Assembly: GCA_037131105.1 (NCBI GenBank)
Contig: JBAXRQ010000001.1
Location: 637,465 to 701,464 of the forward strand
Length of the DNA stretch: 64,000 bases
From: a bacterium
Lineage (GTDB): Bacteria > Patescibacteriota > UBA1384 > CAILIB01
Reading direction: 5' to 3'
The notes below the pieces were generated by a model, which was given only the letters and a program-made list of their open reading frames with translations, had not been told where the DNA came from and did not search any database. The translations under genes were made by a program, and so were the position numbers. Positions 49,847-56,826 of this stretch are shown here, piece after piece; within the stretch, counting starts at the first letter, position 1; every line of letters begins with the position of its first letter.

Positions 49847-50767
49847 TTATTTGGCAATTATATCCTTCAACTCCTCCGCCCTGGCCTTCATAATCTTCCT
49901 CTGCCCCTCTACCTGCGCCTTTTGCTCCTCCACCAGTTCCAGCCTCTCCCTCTCATTCTTCTCCAAGATACCTATTTTCTCCGCCAACTCCTCGTGCCCG
50001 CTCACCCGCCGGAAATCATCCGCTTTCATAAGGACCTCGAACCTGTCGTAGCGTCGATCAGTAAACGCCACCATCCCGTTCAGGCAGTATTCCCAATACC
50101 GCTGTGACAGCATTCCCGCCTCATAGTAACTGGGATCCGAGATCACCAAGCCGTATTTAGCCTGCGCATAAAGCTCCTGCAATTCGTTAAAGGTAAGTCG
50201 TCCCCGCATCTTGGGGCCCTCGCCAAACACCGGCGACGAGCTGACGATGGCCGAAACGTACGCATTCTCAGGATTAAGGTAGTCAAGGTAATCGATATCC
50301 CGGCTCCCGTCTCGCTTACCGCCGCCGTAGACCAACTGCAACGCCTTGGTCTCGCCTGAGTGATCCAGAAGATAGAGCACCACCGCCCCCTCAAAGCCCG
50401 CATACAGAAAGTCGGACCGATCTGACTGGGGAATCTGGGTTAGCTTGAGGTGCGGCCCCAGTACACTGTCTGGGATGACCAGGTTAAGGTCGGAGACCAT
50501 TTGAAAGATCTTGACTCCCCGCTCAATCAGACCTTCTGCCTGCCCATGAAAGCTGGGGTTACAGTTGTTAATGAGCACCGTGTCCCCGGATCGTAGCTCC
50601 TCCGCCCCGTCGATGGGTTCGGCACCCAGATAGTCCACACAGTAGCGCAGCTCGCTCATTCCCCCGAACGTGGTAACATCCCCCTTTGACTGCAAAAGCT
50701 CGCGCAGCTTAGCGCCGGGCTTCCAGATTTTAAGACTCATAGTCGTATGAATAGGTATGCTTGGCAT
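49847..50767 (-). CDS. hypothetical protein with a C-terminal coiled coil
   Basis: 306-aa ORF (alternative start at 50740, MSLKIW); no confident family. Confidence 0.4.
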   Translation of the reverse strand: MPSIPIHTTMSLKIWKPGAKLRELLQSKGDVTTFGGMSELRYCVDYLGAEPIDGAEELRSGDTVLINNCNPSFHGQAEGLIERGVKIFQMVSDLNLVIPDSVLGPHLKLTQIPQSDRSDFLYAGFEGAVVLYLLDHSGETKALQLVYGGGKRDGSRDIDYLDYLNPENAYVSAIVSSSPVFGEGPKMRGRLTFNELQELYAQAKYGLVISDPSYYEAGMLSQRYWEYCLNGMVAFTDRRYDRFEVLMKADDFRRVSGHEELAEKIGILEKNERERLELVEEQKAQVEGQRKIMKARAEELKDIIAK

Positions 50768-50839
50768 TTAGTCTAGCATATACGAAAAGCACATCCGGAC
50801 CGGCTGGATGTGCTTTGTCGACCGCTCCCCGAGGGGAAG

Positions 50840-51112
50840 CTATTGAAATGCATGGCCGTGAGGCTGACCATAGTCCATCGGCTGATTTGGGGTAAAACTC
50901 AGGGCAGCATACTTCTGCCTTAGCCGAGAATAGGTCTCGTGGTCCATTCTGACGATACAGCAGTCGTCGCCCCTCATCTCAACCTGGATGACGTCTGTCT
51001 CGTGAAACAGCCTCGAGACCATTGCCTCTTGGCCCTTCTTACCGGTGACCAGATGCTCCTGCAGACTGGTCGGGACGAACAAGCTAAAAAAATTACGCAA
51101 CCATTGCCACAT
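50840..51112 (-). CDS. small protein with a Phd/YefM-antitoxin-like core
   Basis: QEAMVSRLFHETDVIQVEMRGDDCCIVRMDHETYSRLRQ resembles the Phd/YefM N-terminal pattern; no toxin partner nearby. Confidence 0.3.
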   Translation of the reverse strand: MWQWLRNFFSLFVPTSLQEHLVTGKKGQEAMVSRLFHETDVIQVEMRGDDCCIVRMDHETYSRLRQKYAALSFTPNQPMDYGQPHGHAFQ

Positions 51113-51170
51113 GCTGCAACCTCCTCGAAAGTAGAACTTGCCTGAAGAGTACCGTTTATTATCCTTCCAG

Positions 51171-52067
51171 TCAATCCGCTACTCGAATGAGTGCGGCAAT
51201 AAACTCCTCATAACTGATCCCCGCCTGGGGCAGCTCCATGGGCAGCAGCGAGGTCTTGGTCATGCCTGGTAGGGTATTGATCTCAATGAAATACGGCGTC
51301 CCGTCCTCGGAAAGCATCCAGTCAGCCCGGGCATACTGCCTCAGTCCCATTTCCTTGTATATAGTAGCCGTCTCCTGCTGGACCCGGTCGGAGACTTCCT
51401 TTGATACCGGCGCTGGACAGATGTCCTCGCTCTCGCCAGGAGTATACTTAGCTTCGAAATTGAAGAACTCATGCTTGGGCCGGATCTCTACTAACGGTAA
51501 GGCCTGCAAAGTACCAAACACGTCTATGACGCCACAGGTAAGCTCCGTGCCTTTGATGAATTCCTCCACCAAGATATCGACGCCAAAGCTCCTGGCAAAC
51601 TTCACAGCCTCATCCAGGGCCGAGGCGTCCTTAACGATAGTAACGCCAAAGCTGGAGCCCTCTCGGTCCGGCTTTACCACCGCCGGAAAGCCGTGCTCCC
51701 AGGTAACAGGCTCATCTCCGCTATAGGCGACCGAAAACGGGACCTTGATCCCCAGCTTCTCCACCACCTTTTTGGTGGCCGTCTTGTCTATGGCAAACCT
51801 CGAGGAGGCAGAGTCCGATCCGGTGAACGCTATTCCCTTCTCAGCTAGCAGACCCTGGACGGTGCCATCCTCACCAAAAGGACCGTGCAAGGCGATGACT
51901 ACAATCCGGGGCTTCAGGGCCACCACCTGCTCCAGCCAGTCAGTATCAGCAGCATCGATCTCTCTGTATTCCTCACCCAGCTGGATAAGTACCGTGGCAA
52001 CTGACTGGGCCGTCCATAATGAGACTTGGCGCTCGGACGAGTTTCCCCCCTTGAGAATGATGACCAT
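51171..52067 (-). CDS. ddl: D-alanine--D-alanine ligase
   Basis: ATP-grasp fold; HGPFGEDGTVQGLLE, the C-terminal FIEINTLPGMT motif, and LPMELPQAGISYEEF. Confidence 0.9.
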   Translation of the reverse strand: MVIILKGGNSSERQVSLWTAQSVATVLIQLGEEYREIDAADTDWLEQVVALKPRIVVIALHGPFGEDGTVQGLLAEKGIAFTGSDSASSRFAIDKTATKKVVEKLGIKVPFSVAYSGDEPVTWEHGFPAVVKPDREGSSFGVTIVKDASALDEAVKFARSFGVDILVEEFIKGTELTCGVIDVFGTLQALPLVEIRPKHEFFNFEAKYTPGESEDICPAPVSKEVSDRVQQETATIYKEMGLRQYARADWMLSEDGTPYFIEINTLPGMTKTSLLPMELPQAGISYEEFIAALIRVAD

Positions 52068-52183
52068 GTGCTGAAGTTAGGACTGGTGGGTCGTATCGGA
52101 GTCCCCATGGTACCACGCCAAAGGCTTGAGGGACAGGCCGGCCCCTGCTACCATCAATGCAACGACGAAAAAGGAGAGCTGCC

Positions 52184-52447
52184 GTGAAGATCGCCCTACT
52201 GTTAGTGTCGTACCCCATCCTGCTGGCCGGACTGACGGTTGAGCTGCGCTTGGTAAGCGAACTTGGTCAATATTCAATTGTCGTCGCCGCCCTGCTTCTT
52301 GCCTTTGGCACCGTGATTGCCTATGGCAATGACCAGGACTGCAAAGCCCCCGCCGAAAAGAAGCCTCCTCTGGCTGTGCGATTTCAATCCCTATCTCCGA
52401 AACGGCTTCTCACGAGGCTGTCCCCGACCCGACTCGGCCACCCATAG
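52184..52447 (+). CDS. small membrane protein
   Basis: GTG start 5 nt after an AAGGAGAG Shine-Dalgarno; two TM helices. Confidence 0.35.
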   Translation: MKIALLLVSYPILLAGLTVELRLVSELGQYSIVVAALLLAFGTVIAYGNDQDCKAPAEKKPPLAVRFQSLSPKRLLTRLSPTRLGHP

Positions 52448-52516
52448 CGGTGGCCGACCTGTTTTTGTGAGCATCGTATTGGAATATGTGTGTGAGAGGC
52501 GTATGGTCTACCTATC

Positions 52517-52807
52517 ATGATCACCGTCTATTCCTCCCCCCACTCTGACGAGCTCAACCTTCTAAAGGGCTTTCTTGAAGCGCATGGCATTGTCACCCTC
52601 AAAAAGGGTGGCGGAAGAGACGATCCGACTCCTTATCTGTGCCTAGTGAACGACGCGGACGCTGAGAAGGCCGCCGACCTGGTGGCCAGCTGGAAGGAAC
52701 GGGAAAAGAATTCGGCGCCATCGAATCCGCGCCGGTCGCCTCTTCGTATGTATCTTCCTTATTTCGTACTCATCATTGCTCTGGCCGCCATAGCCTATTT
52801 TCTTTAG
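52517..52807 (+). CDS. DUF2007-like small protein with a C-terminal TM helix
   Basis: VYSSPHSDELNLLKGFLEAHGIVTLKKGG resembles DUF2007 (putative signal-transducing) proteins. Confidence 0.35.
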   Translation: MITVYSSPHSDELNLLKGFLEAHGIVTLKKGGGRDDPTPYLCLVNDADAEKAADLVASWKEREKNSAPSNPRRSPLRMYLPYFVLIIALAAIAYFL

Positions 52808-53379
52808 ACGGCTTGCTTCTTTATTTGTTTCTCAAAGGTAAGCAGGTCAAAGGACAACTCATCGATGCCATTCATCTCATAGACCTGGAAGGCTGAACAG
52901 ATCTTCTTATCGTTGGGATCCAAGCCGAGTAGTCCGATCGCCTCATCGACCTGTTCCCAGGTTGTGGCCTCAATCTCCAGGTACGGCTTAAGCAGCGGCC
53001 AGTGGTCGATGTCAAACTCAATCTCTCCCAGCGTGTAGCAGGTGCGCCGGTTCTCTTCATAGAACTTCTGCTTCATGCCGATCTTCTCAAGAAAGGTCCA
53101 AGCGGCATCGAAGTCACTGACTGTCATTTCTACCTCGTCCATGCCGGCGTCGTTGCCGTTCTTATCAGGCTCCAGACGCTGTTTGAACCCCATGGTCACC
53201 TTGTCGCCCTCGTCGCGCACCCGGATCCAGGCGCTAGCCTCGTTGAGACGCAGGTCTGGGTAGTCGTAGACCTTGCGACGATAGAGGCGCTCGAACTGCT
53301 TCACAGCGCCGATAGCCACCAGCTTGGCCTCCATGGCAGACTCATCAATGTCGAGGAATTTTACTTCAATTTCTTGCAT
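52804..53379 (-). CDS. CYTH-domain protein
   Basis: N-terminal MQEIEVKFL ExExK signature; 191 aa. Confidence 0.7.
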   Translation of the reverse strand: MQEIEVKFLDIDESAMEAKLVAIGAVKQFERLYRRKVYDYPDLRLNEASAWIRVRDEGDKVTMGFKQRLEPDKNGNDAGMDEVEMTVSDFDAAWTFLEKIGMKQKFYEENRRTCYTLGEIEFDIDHWPLLKPYLEIEATTWEQVDEAIGLLGLDPNDKKICSAFQVYEMNGIDELSFDLLTFEKQIKKQAV

Positions 53380-53420
53380 CTCGTTAAAATTAACCTGCTA
53401 TTTCCAGGATTTGAAAAGAG

Positions 53421-53849
53421 TTATTGTTTTCTAGTACCACGGCAGGAAGGATAGCCAACACAACCCCAAAATGCTCCTCGTTTACCCGTCCTTCTAACCA
53501 TTGGCCGTCTACAGGTAGGGCATAAAGGCGTAACGCCAGTACTCTTTTTGTCTTTTTTATCCCCAAACATCGAGGCAATACCTATCCATCCCAGATATCC
53601 GCCGCCCAGTATTGCCCACCAGTAATCTTCCCAAAAAGTGTGCTCTTTTTTAGCAACAGTCACACCTGAGCTTTCAGACCCACAATAATTGCTATGCCCG
53701 GTATCTCCACAGACGTAGCTACCTGAATCCGAGGGACATGAATGCCAACGATGGCACCCTGATCGGTGAGCTTCAACTGATAGTACTCCTACAGAAAATA
53801 TATAAACGAGTGGCAAAAAGACAATCAGGTACCAATATATTCTTTTCAT
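53421..53849 (-). CDS. secreted/membrane-anchored protein with a Cys/His-rich module and a C-terminal topoisomerase-type C4 zinc finger
   Basis: Signal peptide MKRIYWYLIVFLPLVYIFSVGVLSVEA; HRSGCHRWHSCPSDSGSYVCGDTGHSNYCG; C-terminal CPTCRRPMVRRTGKRGAFWGCVGYPSCRG (zf-C4_Topoisom pattern). Confidence 0.5.
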   Translation of the reverse strand: MKRIYWYLIVFLPLVYIFSVGVLSVEAHRSGCHRWHSCPSDSGSYVCGDTGHSNYCGSESSGVTVAKKEHTFWEDYWWAILGGGYLGWIGIASMFGDKKDKKSTGVTPLCPTCRRPMVRRTGKRGAFWGCVGYPSCRGTRKQ

Positions 53850-53917
53850 CAGTAAACTGTAACAACTAAGCACCCCCCCTTACAACCAACCATAGAGCAA
53901 CAATCTAGACCTAGGGC

Positions 53918-55387
53918 CTAGCGGGCAACGAATACAATGGCGTTCGGCAGCGCCCGGCCCGGGCCCACTTTATAGGCTCCCTGGTAATACAGCGCGCTGG
54001 AGCCGCCCCCGTCGAGGTTCATGGCGCTGTCCACGCCTAGGGCGTCCATGATAGCGGCCAGATCCGGGACAGTGGCAGAAGAAGCGACCACCGCGTAGAC
54101 TGTCTGCCCCTTCAGGCCAAGGGCTCCGCGGTTGGACTTGGTGCTGCGCTGTTTGTCATCCATCTCGCTGTCCTGCAGAGTGATGCTGCCGCCTTCCACC
54201 AGACGCGGGCCAGAGTTTACGCCGGCATAGGCCGCGAAACCCGATGACTTGTACGAGGTCCAACTGGAGAAATAACGGGCGGTGCCGCTCGAGTCAAAGC
54301 CGATGAACGGTTCAGGCTCAAAGGACCCGTTGTTCTGGTTGATCATGACCCCCACCCGGGTATTCTTCACCTTATAGAGGAACGAATTGGTCTTGCCCGA
54401 GCAGTCGGCGTAATCCGGCGGACAGAAATAGGTGCCATTTATTCCTCCGAAGCCACCGTTTGCCTGGACGTAGGACTGCAGAGACTTGGCGGCGCAGCCG
54501 TTGCTGCAGTCACTGTCATTGCCGGTGTCGGTAGCCACCTTGGCCTTGCCGCTGCCGAGATCTACGGTAAGCAAGCTGATGCTGAAGCTCCCCCGGCTGG
54601 TGGCCACGGTCTTTCTCTCATAAGAGCTGAACCCGTTGGACTGGGTGACGGCAGGAGTAGGAGTGGCAGTGGGCCGAGGCGTAGCCGGCGGGGTCTTGGT
54701 AATGGCGATATCCTTGCTGAGCTGCTGGGTGGCGGCCAAGGCAACCGTCTGTTTGACGCTCACATAGCCGGACTTGGAAACGGTCAGAGCATAGGTTCCG
54801 GCCGGTATCCTTGCCGTATAGGTTCCGTCCACCGCGGTGGTAGCGGTAGTGGCAACAGAGTCTAGCACCAGTGAAAGGGTCACGCCCTCTACCGGCTTGG
54901 CCGATTCAGTCACCTTGCCGGAAAGCACTGCCTTCTGGGCTTCCAAAGCGCCTGCAGCCGCGGCGTCTTGCTCGGCTTTGGCGGTTACTGCGGCGTCATC
55001 GGCTTTCTTGGCAGTAAGCGCAGTTTCCAGAGTTGCCAGTATATGTGCCGAGGCCGCGTCCTGCCCCTTGTAGTCACCTTTCTTGAGAAGTGCCTTGACC
55101 ACCGGTTCTTGGGCAGTGGCCTCAGACACCTCTATCCCCTGGGCGGCATAGGCGTCGATCGAAGCGACAAAGGCGCGGTACTTTTTAGAGGCGTCCGCGT
55201 AGGCGCTAAAGGCGACTTGGTCCGAGGCGACCTTCTTCTGGGCAGCATCATTCTGGTGGCGAGCGTAGATGACAAGTGAGACTGAGCCGGCACAGAGAAG
55301 GAGCAGAAGGAAGTAGACGGCGAAACGAAGCCGCTGGCGGACCAGAAAGGCTAACAACGGCGAGTGCGATGGGTGAGAGGTGGCCAT
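53918..55387 (-). CDS. membrane-anchored phosphodiester glycosidase family protein (NAGPA/DUF2233) with a carboxypeptidase-regulatory-like domain
   Basis: Start chosen at MATSHPSHS, followed by a TM helix. CarbopepD_reg-like GVTLSLVLDS...DGTYTARIPAGTYALTVSKSGY. C-terminal NLDGGGSSALYY typical of DUF2233. Confidence 0.6.
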   Translation of the reverse strand: MATSHPSHSPLLAFLVRQRLRFAVYFLLLLLCAGSVSLVIYARHQNDAAQKKVASDQVAFSAYADASKKYRAFVASIDAYAAQGIEVSEATAQEPVVKALLKKGDYKGQDAASAHILATLETALTAKKADDAAVTAKAEQDAAAAGALEAQKAVLSGKVTESAKPVEGVTLSLVLDSVATTATTAVDGTYTARIPAGTYALTVSKSGYVSVKQTVALAATQQLSKDIAITKTPPATPRPTATPTPAVTQSNGFSSYERKTVATSRGSFSISLLTVDLGSGKAKVATDTGNDSDCSNGCAAKSLQSYVQANGGFGGINGTYFCPPDYADCSGKTNSFLYKVKNTRVGVMINQNNGSFEPEPFIGFDSSGTARYFSSWTSYKSSGFAAYAGVNSGPRLVEGGSITLQDSEMDDKQRSTKSNRGALGLKGQTVYAVVASSATVPDLAAIMDALGVDSAMNLDGGGSSALYYQGAYKVGPGRALPNAIVFVAR

Positions 55388-55479
55388 GGATCTACAGTAT
55401 ACGGGATCCAGGGATATACGCCTAAAGCAGTGTGACGAATGTGGTATTGTGGCGTTAATAGGCAATCCTAAGACCATAC

Positions 55480-55983
55480 ATGAACTACACCTACTGCCCC
55501 CAGTGCAAACACCCCCTGGAAACCCGCAAGAATTCATTCTACTGCCCCAGCTGTGACCTGGAGATATATCAGAACTCCAAGCCGTGCGTGTCGGTGCTTA
55601 TCGTCAAGGACGGGAAGGTACTATTGGCCAAACGCGGGATTGAGCCATATAAGGGGAGCTACGATACGGTAGGCGGGTTCCTCAAGTATGGCGAACCAGC
55701 CGAAGTCGGCGCCTTACGCGAGACCAAGGAAGAGACCGGACTTGACGTGCGTCTCATTGAAATACTGGGGACCTACATCAACCAATACGGCGAGAACGGC
55801 GTCTACACACTCGATGTGGACTTTATCGCCGAAATAACCGGCGGTGAGATGCAGGCGCAGGACGATGTGGCAGAACTAGAATGGGTGGACATCCACGACA
55901 TTCCGTTTGAGGAGATCAGGTTTGCCTCAGCGAAGAAGGGGTTAGAGGATTTGCAGAAATGGTACGAGGCAAAAAATAGCTAA
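55480..55983 (+). CDS. NUDIX hydrolase with an N-terminal zinc ribbon (NudC-like)
   Basis: CPQC...CPSC ribbon, then Nudix box GGFLKYGEPAEVGALRETKEETGL. Confidence 0.75.
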   Translation: MNYTYCPQCKHPLETRKNSFYCPSCDLEIYQNSKPCVSVLIVKDGKVLLAKRGIEPYKGSYDTVGGFLKYGEPAEVGALRETKEETGLDVRLIEILGTYINQYGENGVYTLDVDFIAEITGGEMQAQDDVAELEWVDIHDIPFEEIRFASAKKGLEDLQKWYEAKNS

Positions 55984-56107
55984 TAGTGGGAATAGATTAA
56001 TCGGTTAATCCTCGCTGCAGCGCCGACAGCGCTGATGGCTTCCGCTCGGACACTAGGACCGCCTCCCGGCGGGCCGTCGCCTGCGGTTCAAACCCTCTTA
56101 CCGTTAC

Positions 56108-56144
56108 AGAGAAAAAGAACCAACATAGTTGGTTCTTTTTCTCT
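56108..56144 (-). terminator. perfect 17-bp-stem hairpin abutting the CCA end of tRNA-Pro(CGG)
   Basis: Identical sequence to 49487-49523. Confidence 0.6.
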
Positions 56145-56220
56145 GGTCGGGGAGAGAGGATTTGAACCTCCGGTCTCGGGAACCCGAATCCCGCGCATTA
56201 GGCCGCTATGCTACTCCCCG
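56144..56220 (-). tRNA. tRNA-Pro (anticodon CGG), CCA encoded
   Basis: Same acceptor, D- and T-arms as the GGG copy; anticodon arm CGGGA-TTCGGGT-TCCCG. Confidence 0.8.
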
Positions 56221-56826
56221 GAGAGAACGTCGGGGAAAGCTTGCTTTCACCGATGTGAGCGAGGGGAGGTGCCCACCGAAGGTGGGTGCTACTCCCCGAG
56301 GAGAAATGATGGCGGCCATGCTTGCATGGACATCAGCATTTCGACGAGGGGATGCTCGTCCGTAGGACGAGTCCCCCGAAGCGAGTTGTATTCGGGAAGG
56401 TGGGTGCTACTCCCCGACATTGTATTTTGAAGGATAAGTCCCCCGAGGCGATATTAGAAAGAAGGACTATTTACTCGAGGTACTCGTCTGCCCCGTGGCG
56501 CTACTCATAGACAACAGCAGCGAAGCACCCATTAACCAAATGGAAACTATTACCACCAAAATAATAACCAGCGCCTTTTTCATAATCCCGGCGACATAAA
56601 ATAAAAAGAAGGTGGCTTATCGCTAGAGCGTAGGCGGCCCTAATGGCCAAGTGGGTACTCTCACGCCCGCTCCACGGAGCCGGCAAATATCGAGTTCCCG
56701 TAATACATGAATTGATGACCACCTACGACAGGATAAGCCGCTTATAGAGTACCCTATTTACCCCTCTGTGGCAATCGATCAATACACTGTGTTTACCCCT
56801 TCCCTGGCACTTGCTATACTTATGGA

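Larger units (their letters stand above)
56000..56455. repeat. tRNA-Pro-associated repeat block 2 (paralog of 49378-49811)
   Basis: Same order as block 1: 110-bp conserved segment, identical 17-bp hairpin, tRNA, then tandem GAGGGG-hairpin-TGCTACTCCCCGA / GTCCCCCGA units. Confidence 0.7.
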
